Shown here: positions 38,129 to 47,192 of the stretch, piece after piece
Numbering within the stretch: the stretch's first letter is position 1
How the letters are laid out: each line of letters opens with the position of its first letter
From: a phage
DNA length: 50,008 nucleotides
Strand: one strand, 5' to 3'
Sequence record: PX418923.1
Position numbers and translations under genes: made by a program
The notes under the pieces: generated by a model
Told to the model about the DNA's origin: nothing
The model's database searches: none
The model's input: only the letters and a program-made list of their open reading frames with translations

Positions 38129-38674
38129 ATGAAAGCTATCAAATACATCACCGCTAAAGATGCTGCTGAGCTGGAAAAGATTCAGGCCACCGCTATTAAG
38201 TCGGTACAGAAAGCACGTGTGTTGGTACAAATCGCGGCAGTAGCAACCATTATGCACGCTCACAAGCATGGTGACTGGACGTACGCTCAGAAGCTCGTCG
38301 ATGGTTTGGGTAACACTGTTAATGGTACTGCCCTTGTCGAATGGTTCAAGTTGTATGGTGGACTGAACACTGATGACAACGGATTCATCGGCTGGTCCGG
38401 AAAGGATTATATTGAGAAACACTTTGAGGAAGCTAAAGCCACTATGTGGTGGGAACTCAAAGTTAAATCTCCTTTCAAGGGGTTTGATCTCGAGGCAGCC
38501 TTGCAAAAAGTGATCAAGGATCATAACGCCATGAAAGAGAAAGTGGCTGGCCTTACGCAGGGAGATCAAGAGAAAGTTAACTTCAAAGTTAACGATGCTA
38601 CTATCCAAGCCGTGTTGAAGTTGTGTAACTTCGAAGCAATCATTGAAGAGCCTGTTGTCGAGGAAGCTGCTTAA
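38129..38674 (+). CDS. Hypothetical protein
   Basis: AGGAG RBS; 181 aa. Confidence 0.55.
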   Translation: MKAIKYITAKDAAELEKIQATAIKSVQKARVLVQIAAVATIMHAHKHGDWTYAQKLVDGLGNTVNGTALVEWFKLYGGLNTDDNGFIGWSGKDYIEKHFEEAKATMWWELKVKSPFKGFDLEAALQKVIKDHNAMKEKVAGLTQGDQEKVNFKVNDATIQAVLKLCNFEAIIEEPVVEEAA

Positions 38675-38817
38675 TATATATATATATATATTACTAAGGG
38701 TCGGAGTTGGTTGGTTTACTTCGTACCCCAACTCCTCCCTCTTAGTATATATACTAATAGTTATACGTTAGTATACTACTTAAAATAAAGACGTTTCTCC
38801 TAAATCGGAGCGTAATC

Positions 38818-39009
38818 ATGAGCGTACAGGCAGTGACTATTGGGGACGATAGCGTCCAATACCGTGTCATCGTAGGGCAAGGGACACTAACCGTCGCTGT
38901 CAAGCACATAGAGATGTTGACCACTCTTGTGTGGCGTAATGGTAAGCACGAGTTCGCGTCTCAACCACACGAAGTGGTAACTCACATTGAAGGTAGGGAC
39001 TGGCGGTGA
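38818..39009 (+). CDS. Hypothetical protein
   Basis: GGAG RBS; 63 aa. Confidence 0.45.
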   Translation: MSVQAVTIGDDSVQYRVIVGQGTLTVAVKHIEMLTTLVWRNGKHEFASQPHEVVTHIEGRDWR

Positions 39010-39090
39010 ACAGTGATGTTTTCTTTATGCGTATGCTGGTAGTAGTGTACGCTATTTTTATTGTCTGCAAAATGGCAGACCTAGCCAGCT

Positions 39091-39142
39091 AAGCTCGAAT
39101 AATGCAATGGGCAATGGCTGGCTTTTATATTAGAAAAATTTT
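39091..39142 (+). promoter_or_regulatory. Conserved repeated element, copy 2 (AAGCTCGAATAATGCAATGGGCAATGG...TTAGAAAAATTTT)
   Basis: About 80 percent identical over roughly 60 bp to copy 3 at 43202; immediately precedes RBS and ATG 39156. Confidence 0.4.
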
Positions 39143-39155
39143 CGAGGGTTTGGCT

Positions 39156-39464
39156 ATGCGTAAACCATATTTTCATGTTGGTGAAGAAGTCATTCTACAA
39201 AGTGTTGATCGACCAGACTTGAATGGTGAATACACTGTAAGACAAGTTTTAGTTGGCAGAGAAACTTACATTTGTCGAGCTACTGGGGAGAAGGTTCGCA
39301 CATACCCAGAAGGTTTTTATTACATCTTAGAAGAAGTGATCCTACTCACCCATGACGGATTTGAAATGAATTGGAATGAAAGTGCCTTAAGGAAGAAGCA
39401 TAAACCTTCCGATGACAGCTTTGAGCAAATTATGAACAAATTGAAGGAGAAAGAGCATGTTTAA
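39156..39464 (+). CDS. Hypothetical protein
   Basis: GAGGG RBS 7 nt before ATG 39156. Confidence 0.5.
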   Translation: MRKPYFHVGEEVILQSVDRPDLNGEYTVRQVLVGRETYICRATGEKVRTYPEGFYYILEEVILLTHDGFEMNWNESALRKKHKPSDDSFEQIMNKLKEKEHV

Positions 39465-39852
39465 ACTCCCTAAAGCAAAAGCTGGTAATGAGTGGACGGA
39501 ATGGAAAGGTGGTGCATGCCCCGTCCCCAAAGGAACTAAAGTAGATGTTATCTATCGTGATGGCTATAGAACACAGTGGAAAGTAGGCAATATTGATTTT
39601 ATGTATGATGACCTCGCCGATGGCGTATGGGGTCATCTAGGTGATGAGAGTGATATTGTAGCCTATCGCCTTTCATGGGTACGCCATCGTGGCGGTAAAC
39701 ATCCTGGTGAACCAGGTGACAAGTTTGTTGTGCGCTTTCGTGATGGCAGGGTAGTGGGAGTGATCATCATGGATAATGACAGAGACAACAATATTACATG
39801 GCGACACTTCAACAACCGATACGATATTATGGCATACAAGCCCGTCCTGTAA
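39457..39852 (+). CDS. Hypothetical protein
   Basis: ORF with start overlapping upstream stop. Confidence 0.5.
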   Translation: MFKLPKAKAGNEWTEWKGGACPVPKGTKVDVIYRDGYRTQWKVGNIDFMYDDLADGVWGHLGDESDIVAYRLSWVRHRGGKHPGEPGDKFVVRFRDGRVVGVIIMDNDRDNNITWRHFNNRYDIMAYKPVL

Positions 39853-39922
39853 CTACCCTATAGGGTGGCCTAGGGTATAGGTCAAACGTGCGTTATACGT
39901 CAAATCTGGAGGTTATAGAGGC

Positions 39923-40207
39923 ATGATTAGGCTCAACATGGACTTTCTTCTGCTCACTAGAGCAGCACAACAAGTTAAAAACTTTTGTAAACACACTGGA
40001 CTTGACGAAGGCGTCATTATGGAGACGCTCAGAATGCGTTGCGAAAGTCAATGGATTAAGCGGGAAGAAGATGGGAAGACTGTCACCTATGATGGTGAAG
40101 GTTGGATAGTTGATGACGATCCACACTTCATTGACATCGACAAGGCTTTAATCTGGGACAATACGCCAGAGGGCCACAACTATTGGTCTACTATCAGTCT
40201 TTATTAA
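39923..40207 (+). CDS. Hypothetical protein
   Basis: GGAGG RBS. Confidence 0.5.
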   Translation: MIRLNMDFLLLTRAAQQVKNFCKHTGLDEGVIMETLRMRCESQWIKREEDGKTVTYDGEGWIVDDDPHFIDIDKALIWDNTPEGHNYWSTISLY

Positions 40208-40215
40208 ATGAATGA

Positions 40216-40298
40216 GCGGGAGTAGCCCCGTCAGTCTTCTAAACTGATAAGGGTAATTGGAGCTGAAAATGTGAGTTCGAATCTCACCTCCCGCGCCA
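40216..40298 (+). tRNA. tRNA-like element with canonical T-arm, acceptor stem and encoded CCA but no recognisable D-arm
   Basis: 5' GCGGGAG pairs with 3' CTCCCGC; T-arm GTGAG-TTCGAAT-CTCAC; discriminator G and CCA at 40296-40298; internal hairpin TCAGT-CTTCTAA-ACTGA could be an anticodon arm (TCT). Confidence 0.4.
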
Positions 40299-40319
40299 CC
40301 CTACAAAATGGAGAACAGA

Positions 40320-40547
40320 ATGAGCGACTTCAAGAACTGGATAGAGGATGTAGGTATCGGCAAGTGCGGTAACGGATATTTTGTCCGAATTGATGGATGT
40401 GACATCTTTGAAAGTGTCAACCAGTACGGATGCAAGGCCCGCAGAAGCCTATCTATCGCAGAGTGTCTTGGTAGTAAGGAAGAAGCTAAAGCATCTGCCA
40501 TCGAATGGCTGGAGAAACAGCTAGCAAAGGTAAAGGCCACCGACTAA
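40320..40547 (+). CDS. Hypothetical protein
   Basis: Second ATG preceded by GGAGAA; the same AAATGGAGAACA..ATG cassette recurs at 40557. Confidence 0.45.
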   Translation: MSDFKNWIEDVGIGKCGNGYFVRIDGCDIFESVNQYGCKARRSLSIAECLGSKEEAKASAIEWLEKQLAKVKATD

Positions 40548-40568
40548 TCGGTATAAATGGAGAACAAC

Positions 40569-40769
40569 ATGAAATTTCTTGTATGCTTTTTCGTCTTTAT
40601 CTTTAGCATGCTAATGCTAACTGCCTTCTTAGTAGAAGGTAGGACAGAAGCTATGGAGGCTGAGGGTGAACACGTAGGTGGCAATATCTTTCGATACAAC
40701 GATAAGGAAATGGGTATTGTCTGCTACAAAGTTCGTGGAGAAGCCCTTAGTTGTGTACGAAATAGGTGA
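40569..40769 (+). CDS. Small membrane protein
   Basis: N-terminal hydrophobic segment FLVCFFVFIFSMLMLTAFLV. Confidence 0.45.
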   Translation: MKFLVCFFVFIFSMLMLTAFLVEGRTEAMEAEGEHVGGNIFRYNDKEMGIVCYKVRGEALSCVRNR

Positions 40770-40848
40770 GTCAACATGATTGCACTGATGTGCGTCTTCG
40801 TCATTGGCCCATACATCGCGTAGAAGCGCAAAGATTGGAAGGTGTAGT

Positions 40849-41121
40849 ATGCTTATCAAAGAACATTCCATACATGGCGGGATACAAAAAATATACCGCT
40901 TCGATAACAATCGTGGCGCCAGCGTAACCAAGCACGATGGTTCTTATGGAGGAGATATAGATTTGTGGGAACTCGGGGTTATCAGGTTCTATGATGATAC
41001 CCAAGATTGGCATCTAGACTACACCACCCCAATTACGGAGGATGTACTAGGGTATCTGACCTGGGAAGATGTAGAAGAGCTATTGGCTAGGATCTCTAAG
41101 TTAGAGAAAGTAGAGGTGTAG
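40849..41121 (+). CDS. Hypothetical protein
   Basis: GGAAGG RBS before ATG 40849. Confidence 0.45.
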   Translation: MLIKEHSIHGGIQKIYRFDNNRGASVTKHDGSYGGDIDLWELGVIRFYDDTQDWHLDYTTPITEDVLGYLTWEDVEELLARISKLEKVEV

Positions 41122-41122
41122 T

Positions 41123-41251
41123 ATGCTCATCCTCACTGGTCTTATCCGCCATGGTTGGAAGATGGACAGGCAAGAGATTAGTCTTATTGCTTGGTTTGGT
41201 TTCTTCGAACTGGCAATAGAGGTGGCAATCATCAATCTTATTCTGGATTAA
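41123..41251 (+). CDS. Small hydrophobic hypothetical protein (42 aa)
   Basis: Same AGGTGTAGTATGCT initiation sequence as the gene at 40849. Confidence 0.25.
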   Translation: MLILTGLIRHGWKMDRQEISLIAWFGFFELAIEVAIINLILD

Positions 41252-41255
41252 TTAG

Positions 41256-41423
41256 ATGAAACAATATCAAGTGAAGTTTGTTTGGTTGCTTCAACCAGAC
41301 TATAGCACTCGTGTCTACGCAAAGGACAAGAGTCATGCTTATAAAATTGCCCTTCTTAATGCTGAGGCTGATGGTTGGCGCTATGAAGGCCCGTCTGAAA
41401 CTAAAATTGAGGAACTCAAATAA
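41256..41423 (+). CDS. Small hypothetical protein (55 aa)
   Basis: ATG to TAA overlapping next start. Confidence 0.3.
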   Translation: MKQYQVKFVWLLQPDYSTRVYAKDKSHAYKIALLNAEADGWRYEGPSETKIEELK

Positions 41424-41653
41424 TGCGTGGGACCAAAGCTAAACTTTTTCGTAAGATTGCATACAACGATACCTTTGCCACTCAAACAACCTACACTAGT
41501 AAGTTGCACAAGCCCAAGGAAATTTGGACTGGTAAGCTGAATGATGATGGCACTAAGAAGATGACTGTCATTCAAATGTCCACCATCAAGCTTGATGAGA
41601 ACTGTGCTCGTAAAGTTTATAAAGAACTGAAGACTATTTGGAAAGGGAAGTAG
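41423..41653 (+). CDS. Hypothetical protein
   Basis: ORF with overlapping start/stop. Confidence 0.45.
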   Translation: MRGTKAKLFRKIAYNDTFATQTTYTSKLHKPKEIWTGKLNDDGTKKMTVIQMSTIKLDENCARKVYKELKTIWKGK

Positions 41654-41654
41654 C

Positions 41655-42590
41655 ATGAAACGGGAACACTACCAAATTGCCCTTAAGGCTCGTAAAGTCT
41701 TTCGTGAAATTCTTGTAAAAAAGAAAAAATATAATGGCCTGTGCTGTGTCCGTGACGGCGCGATGGCTTCTGTAGCTGCCGTATACCTAAATGATGAGGC
41801 GTACAAGAATCACTTGTTGATTAGCACTAACCAAGCTTGTCATGCTGGTCTACAATCACTACACACCGGCTCTGTCGCTGTAATTAGTGGCCTGCAACCA
41901 AAATACAAAGGCAACTTGATTGATAAAGAAGAGGGTGTAGCGTTCCTTGATTGGCTGCTTAATCGTAGCCCGTATAGCGAGGTGTTTGTCACTAAGTCTG
42001 CTAAAGACGCAATCAAGAACAGTTGTATCATTGCAGACTCTAACTATCCATCTAATCTACTGGCGGCTGGTCTTGTCGCTTCCCGTCGTCTTTGGGAGTA
42101 CAGCGAGATTGTTATTGTATGGTATGACTTGGTGAAGGCTGGTATGAATGAAGACCTAGCCTACTGGGTTGCGCATAAAGCTCAATGCAGAAGCAACAGA
42201 ACAGGAAACATTAGTTTCACTGGTTGCCAGTCTGGCCACTGCTCTATGAATCCGAACCTTTTTGATAGAGAAGCACTTAAAGCATGGCTCAATCATAAAG
42301 TAGTAAATCCCAATCAGACTTACAGTCAATCAACACATTACAATTACTATGATAGGATGTACTCTAATCTTGGTAAGTTGAAAGGTGCGGGCTATTGGAT
42401 GGGGACACCTGAAGACAGCATTGGTTATTGGTTAGATAACGATTTTGATCCAAAGAAAAAAGATGGTGTGAATAACAACCCGTTTATTAAGGCACTTCCG
42501 AAAGTTAAAGGTGCTTGTAAATACGCCGATGGCATTAAAGCTATGGCTGAATTTGAAAAGAAAATTATGGAGGAAGTAAATCGTGCCTAA
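41655..42590 (+). CDS. Hypothetical protein (311 aa), possibly part of the downstream amidoligase cluster
   Basis: Stop overlaps the start of the class-I amidotransferase-like gene. Confidence 0.5.
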   Translation: MKREHYQIALKARKVFREILVKKKKYNGLCCVRDGAMASVAAVYLNDEAYKNHLLISTNQACHAGLQSLHTGSVAVISGLQPKYKGNLIDKEEGVAFLDWLLNRSPYSEVFVTKSAKDAIKNSCIIADSNYPSNLLAAGLVASRRLWEYSEIVIVWYDLVKAGMNEDLAYWVAHKAQCRSNRTGNISFTGCQSGHCSMNPNLFDREALKAWLNHKVVNPNQTYSQSTHYNYYDRMYSNLGKLKGAGYWMGTPEDSIGYWLDNDFDPKKKDGVNNNPFIKALPKVKGACKYADGIKAMAEFEKKIMEEVNRA

Positions 42591-43203
42591 AGTACATATC
42601 ATCAACAGTAGTGACGAATACGTGCACATGTTTGGTAAGATGGGTTGGGAAGTTGTTGGCATCAAAGACTTCTTCAATGCTGATCTCATCCAATTTACTG
42701 GCGGTTCCGACGTAACTCCCATGCTGTATGGGGAAAGCCTGCACCCCAAGACTTATTGCAGCCAACGTCGTGATTTGGAAGAAGCAGGCTACTTTGCATT
42801 TGCTCAACGTTGCTCCATTCCTATGGCTGGCCTCTGTCGAGGCGGTCAGTTCCTTAACGTTATGAATGGTGGTAAGATGTTCCAACATGTTGATGGGCAT
42901 GCCACTGGTCGAAACCACATTCTGTTTGATCGGTTCACTAACAAGTCTTGTAATGTAACCTCTACTCACCATCAAATGATGATCCCACATTATAGTGGTG
43001 AAGTCATTGCAATCGCACATGAGGCTAAAGTCAAGGAAAGTTATGGCACTACCTTCCCCAGCGGTGGTGATGATGTAGAGGTAGTATATTATGACAAAAC
43101 CAAATCGTTGTGCTTCCAACCACACCCCGAGTTTTATCACGCTGACAGTACTCGTGACTATTACTTTGAACTTCTCGAACGTTATTTGGGGCTGTCCGCA
43201 TAA
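42583..43203 (+). CDS. Class-I glutamine amidotransferase-like / peptidase C26 (gamma-glutamyl hydrolase-like) protein
   Basis: Catalytic Cys motif G-L-C-R-G-G-Q and C-terminal HPE; GTG start with GGAGGAAG RBS. Confidence 0.6.
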   Translation: MPKVHIINSSDEYVHMFGKMGWEVVGIKDFFNADLIQFTGGSDVTPMLYGESLHPKTYCSQRRDLEEAGYFAFAQRCSIPMAGLCRGGQFLNVMNGGKMFQHVDGHATGRNHILFDRFTNKSCNVTSTHHQMMIPHYSGEVIAIAHEAKVKESYGTTFPSGGDDVEVVYYDKTKSLCFQPHPEFYHADSTRDYYFELLERYLGLSA

Positions 43204-43254
43204 GCTCGAATAATGCGATGGGCAATGGTTTGAATTTCTGCTAGAAAAATTTTT
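43202..43254 (+). promoter_or_regulatory. Conserved repeated element, copy 3 (AAGCTCGAATAATGCGATGGGCAATGG...GAATTTCTGCTAGAAAAATTTTT)
   Basis: Lies between the C26-like gene stop and the GGAGG RBS of the next gene. Confidence 0.4.
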
Positions 43255-43266
43255 GGAGGTTTATTT

Positions 43267-43458
43267 ATGCACAGTGGTTGTGATGGGGAACACACCCTAT
43301 TACTATTGTGTAGGCAATGTCAGTGCAAGTTTTATTGGGGCACTGTCTATCATGGAATCAGTGAGCTAACTAAATGTCCAAACATTGTTTGCAAAGCGAG
43401 CGGAAGTAAATCTTTCATAATTCAACAGAGAATCCATAACGGAACTTTGGTTAAATAA
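43267..43458 (+). CDS. Small Cys-rich zinc-ribbon protein
   Basis: CDGEH...CRQCQC...CPNIVC; GGAGG RBS. Confidence 0.45.
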   Translation: MHSGCDGEHTLLLLCRQCQCKFYWGTVYHGISELTKCPNIVCKASGSKSFIIQQRIHNGTLVK

Positions 43459-43493
43459 CTAAGCAACCTCGTCGAGGTTCGGAGGATAAAATT

Positions 43494-44825
43494 ATTTGCG
43501 GTCTAGTTGGCGTTGCTGGCGGTATTACTTTTAACTTGGAAAAGGTTTTTAAGAACCTTCTTCAACTCGATACTATTCGTGGTCCTCATAGCACTGGTGT
43601 GGCTATGGTTCGAACTAATGGTGACAATAAAACTGTAAAGAAGTTGGGCACCCCTTGGGAAGGGCTGTTCGACAGTAAGGATTTTGAAGAGTATCTGAAA
43701 GGTGGCTCTTTTAACGTATTGCTTGGACACAATCGGTGGGCGACTAAAGGTAAAATCAATGCCAAGAACGCTCACCCGTTTGACTTCGATACTTTGGTAG
43801 GCGCTCATAACGGTACTCTTCGATCTGTTCGTGATCTGGACGATCATGAGAAGTTTGAGGTAGATAGTGAAAATATCTATCATCATATGGAACGTAATGG
43901 TGTTGCAGACACTATCAAACTCCTTGATGGTGCGTTCGCACTAACTTGGTATAACAAAGAAGAGAGTACGATTAATTTCATTCGCAACAATGAACGTCCT
44001 CTTTACTATTGCTTGACCGAGGATAGGAAAGCCATCATCTGGGCAAGTGAAGATTGGATGATTGAAGTTGCTTGTGGTATGGCTGGTCAGAAGTTTGGTG
44101 AAATTTTCTCTCTTCCGATTGGTGTTCACTTCACTTTCGACATTACACTTGGCTCACCTTACCAGTACAAACCTCTGGAAAAATGCCGTACTCGAAAGTT
44201 GGAGCTGCGTCAAAATTTTCAGAAAGCCGTAGTGGCATCTACTACCTCTACGGCTACTAACAACGTATTCAAGTCGTCCGAGTCTTCGGTGGGAAAGTCC
44301 GTCCCGGCAGCAGGTTTCATGGAGTACCAGAGGTTTGTAGGAAAGTCGTGCGACTTTTACGTCGACAGGGTAGCGACTAACAACTATAACCAAAAGTATC
44401 TGCAATGCTGGGCTTGTGACAACGACTTGGTCTCTATTCGTTGTTATGCCGGTGAAGGTAGTGAGCTTTGGATGAAGATGGTTAACTCTGCTAACTTCTT
44501 CAGAGCGCATGTTAAATCTTTCAGCACTTCTGAAAAAGGTTATTTGACTATTGATCTTCGCACAGTAGAAGAGCTAGCGGAGAAGGAAGAAGAGGAACCT
44601 ACAGAACAAACTGATGATACTCCGCCTGAAATGTATGTTGTGTATGGGGGAGAAGTGGTAAGTCGTGTTGTCTACGAGCAACGCACGGAGAAATGTTGTT
44701 CATGGTGCAGCAGTCCTGTAGATGAGACAGACGCAAATGATCTTGTGTGGCTTGATAAACACACTTTTGTTTGCGGTAGTTGTAAAGAGTTTTCTGAAGT
44801 TAAACAATATCTTAAACTTGCATAG
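43494..44825 (+). CDS. Class-II glutamine amidotransferase (Ntn-hydrolase) domain protein with Cys-rich C-terminal domain; probable ATT start
   Basis: (M)CGLVGVAGG N-terminus, HNRWATKG, GAHNGTL, DSE, LDGAFAL; GGAGGA RBS 7 nt before ATT 43494; no synthetase domain. Confidence 0.65.
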   Translation: MCGLVGVAGGITFNLEKVFKNLLQLDTIRGPHSTGVAMVRTNGDNKTVKKLGTPWEGLFDSKDFEEYLKGGSFNVLLGHNRWATKGKINAKNAHPFDFDTLVGAHNGTLRSVRDLDDHEKFEVDSENIYHHMERNGVADTIKLLDGAFALTWYNKEESTINFIRNNERPLYYCLTEDRKAIIWASEDWMIEVACGMAGQKFGEIFSLPIGVHFTFDITLGSPYQYKPLEKCRTRKLELRQNFQKAVVASTTSTATNNVFKSSESSVGKSVPAAGFMEYQRFVGKSCDFYVDRVATNNYNQKYLQCWACDNDLVSIRCYAGEGSELWMKMVNSANFFRAHVKSFSTSEKGYLTIDLRTVEELAEKEEEEPTEQTDDTPPEMYVVYGGEVVSRVVYEQRTEKCCSWCSSPVDETDANDLVWLDKHTFVCGSCKEFSEVKQYLKLA

Positions 44826-44834
44826 GTAAATAAA

Positions 44835-45698
44835 ATGAGTCTGAACATTCTGGTTGGCGCTGATCCGGAAATCTTCATGATGAAAGACGGCAAATACGTA
44901 TCAGCACACGGTGCTATTCCTGGCAATAAGAAGGAACCTTTCAAAGTTGAGAAAGGTGCTGTCCAAGTAGATGGCATGGCATTGGAGTTTAACATTGATC
45001 CTGCTAAAAACGAAAAAGAGTTCGTACGTAACCTCACTACGGTAATGTCTACCCTCAAGGGTATGGTGCCTGGATTCGAATTGAATCCCTCTCCGGTTGC
45101 TGAATTCGGTTTCGATTATATCAAGGGTCAACCTGATGAAGCGAAGGAGCTTGGGTGTGAGCCTGACTTCAACGCTTATGAAAACGGTGCAGCTAATCCT
45201 CGTCCCAATGCTGAAGTAGACTTCCGTACTGGTGCTGGTCACGTACACATTGGTTGGGGAAATGACATTGATATCAGTGATCCTGACCACATTGAGGCGT
45301 GCTGCATGGCAGCAAAACAACTCGACTATTACCTTGGGTTGCCCAGCCTTCTTTATGATAAGCAAGTTAAGCGTCGTACTCTTTATGGTGCTATGGGAGC
45401 ATTCCGTCCTAAGCCGTATGGTGTCGAGTACCGAGTGTTGTCCAACGCTTGGTTGAAAGATGAAGCACTTATGAAGTGGGTATTTAAAAACACTGTGCTT
45501 GGCATCAAAAAACTCCTTGAGGGTAAGCCTGCTTACGATAAGGACTATGATACCACTGTTAGGGAGCTTGGCGTGTCAGCTAAACCTAATGAATACCACC
45601 TAGCGTGGCTCCTTGGTAAAAACAAAATCCCTATGCCGCCTGGATTTGTATTGGTTGAAGGATGCTTCCCTGGGGATTATGTTATCAAGCAGGTGTAA
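44835..45698 (+). CDS. Amidoligase-like protein (glutamine synthetase-like COOH-NH2 ligase), paralog A
   Basis: GADPEIF, GAGHVHIGWG and R...YGAMGAFRPKPYGVEYR motifs, parallel to the protein at 46245. Confidence 0.5.
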   Translation: MSLNILVGADPEIFMMKDGKYVSAHGAIPGNKKEPFKVEKGAVQVDGMALEFNIDPAKNEKEFVRNLTTVMSTLKGMVPGFELNPSPVAEFGFDYIKGQPDEAKELGCEPDFNAYENGAANPRPNAEVDFRTGAGHVHIGWGNDIDISDPDHIEACCMAAKQLDYYLGLPSLLYDKQVKRRTLYGAMGAFRPKPYGVEYRVLSNAWLKDEALMKWVFKNTVLGIKKLLEGKPAYDKDYDTTVRELGVSAKPNEYHLAWLLGKNKIPMPPGFVLVEGCFPGDYVIKQV

Positions 45699-45699
45699 C

Positions 45700-46248
45700 A
45701 TGAATATGTATGGTGATGATTGGCAATATGCAGACTCCCGACTTAACAATACTATTGTTAGGCATGAAGGTAAGGGAGTCCTTGTTAACAAGGTGATGAA
45801 GAAAGGAGCCCTGATCACTTCTCTTCGAGGTGGTGACGGTAATGTTGTTAACCTTGATGACCTAGACTTGACTCCTGTAAAGCTAGGTTTTGCCAATATT
45901 GGCAATACAATCTCTTACCTTACTCGTATGCCAATGCGTAGGGATTGGAGACAAGGGCTCCGAGTTGGGAACTTCACTTCAGTATACGGCACTCCTGCCG
46001 GTCTAGTTAACTACAATGCGTTAGCAGATACTATTGAAGGCATCTACCCAACTTTGCAAGAGTGTGTTGATTCGTCAGCTAGAGTATTGAAAGCTTGGTG
46101 TAGGGAGTGGGCTGTCGGTAATAGTAAGTTGAAAAATAACAGACCACTCATTTACAAAAACCTAATTGTTGGTTGTGTGAGAGACGGTAATCCAGAACTG
46201 AGCGGTGAGTTCATGTTTCTTCGAGAAGCACTACAGGAGGTGCTATGA
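45700..46248 (+). CDS. Hypothetical protein within the amidoligase cluster
   Basis: ATG right after upstream stop; overlaps next start. Confidence 0.45.
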   Translation: MNMYGDDWQYADSRLNNTIVRHEGKGVLVNKVMKKGALITSLRGGDGNVVNLDDLDLTPVKLGFANIGNTISYLTRMPMRRDWRQGLRVGNFTSVYGTPAGLVNYNALADTIEGIYPTLQECVDSSARVLKAWCREWAVGNSKLKNNRPLIYKNLIVGCVRDGNPELSGEFMFLREALQEVL

Positions 46249-47192
46249 AAACTGTAATGCAGTGGTTCGGCATTCAACTACCTACCAAGGGTGACGTTGG
46301 TGTCGAGATTGAGGTGGAGGGCAAGAATTTGCCCAAAGCTTTTGATAGATATTGGCGAGTAGAGGCTGACGGTTCTCTTCGTGGTGAAGATAACGCAGAG
46401 TATGTCCTAGAGAAGCCTATGACTCTTCGTCAAGTTAAGCTTGCCCTAAGTCACCTTAACATGCAATACAAGAAGAACAATTCAGTTGTTGATGACACGG
46501 TACGTGCTGGTGTTCATGTACATATCAACGTTCAACAACTGAACATTGTAGAGCTTTATAACTTTATGACGCTCTACCTTACTCTTGAGGAACTTTTGGT
46601 TAAGTTCTGTGGTCCATATCGAGAAGGTAATTTGTTCTGCCTCCGTGCTTGTGATGCAGAATGGTTGTTGTTCAGACTGTCAGAGGCAGCACGGACTCGA
46701 CAGTTTAGACGCATTCTGACTGATGATAATCTTCGCTACGGCTCTATGAACGTTAAGGCTTTGGGTACGTATGGTAGTCTTGAGTTCCGTGCTATGCGTG
46801 GCACTCGTGATTTAAACCTCATTCATAAGTGGGCTAATATTCTTGTTGATCTTCGTGAAGCTGCTAAGAAGTTTACTGATCCTAAAGATATTATCAACAG
46901 CTATTCTGAGGGTGATTATGTAGCGTTCCTTAATAAATGTCTTGGTGAGCATGTAGAGTTGTTTAAGGACTACGACAACGTACCCAAGATGTTGAACGAT
47001 GGTATGCGACGAGCACAGGACATTGCTTTCTGTTGTGATTGGCAACAGTTCTTCCAAGAAGAAATTGTTCCGCCTGCCCCAGCACCGAGAAAGAAAGTTC
47101 TTAACTATGATTTTGATCCCATTGCGTTCTTTGGTGAAGTACCAAAAGAAATCTTCCCACCGATTTGGGTTGAAGAAGGAGTGCCGTTCTAA
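46245..47192 (+). CDS. Amidoligase (glutamine synthetase-like COOH-NH2 ligase), paralog B
   Basis: [42 protein letters not shown] motifs; GGAGG RBS. Confidence 0.55.
   Translation: MKTVMQWFGIQLPTKGDVGVEIEVEGKNLPKAFDRYWRVEADGSLRGEDNAEYVLEKPMTLRQVKLALSHLNMQYKKNNSVVDDTVRAGVHVHINVQQLNIVELYNFMTLYLTLEELLVKFCGPYREGNLFCLRACDAEWLLFRLSEAARTRQFRRILTDDNLRYGSMNVKALGTYGSLEFRAMRGTRDLNLIHKWANILVDLREAAKKFTDPKDIINSYSEGDYVAFLNKCLGEHVELFKDYDNVPKMLNDGMRRAQDIAFCCDWQQFFQEEIVPPAPAPRKKVLNYDFDPIAFFGEVPKEIFPPIWVEEGVPF

Noticed and set aside
40216-40298. Calling the tRNA-like element a standard tRNA-Arg
   Set aside because: No D-arm can be folded between the acceptor stem and the putative anticodon arm, so the isotype is left open
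43536-44825. TTG at 43536 as the start of the class-II amidotransferase
   Set aside because: It would delete the conserved N-terminal Cys nucleophile that is encoded in frame just upstream, behind a strong RBS
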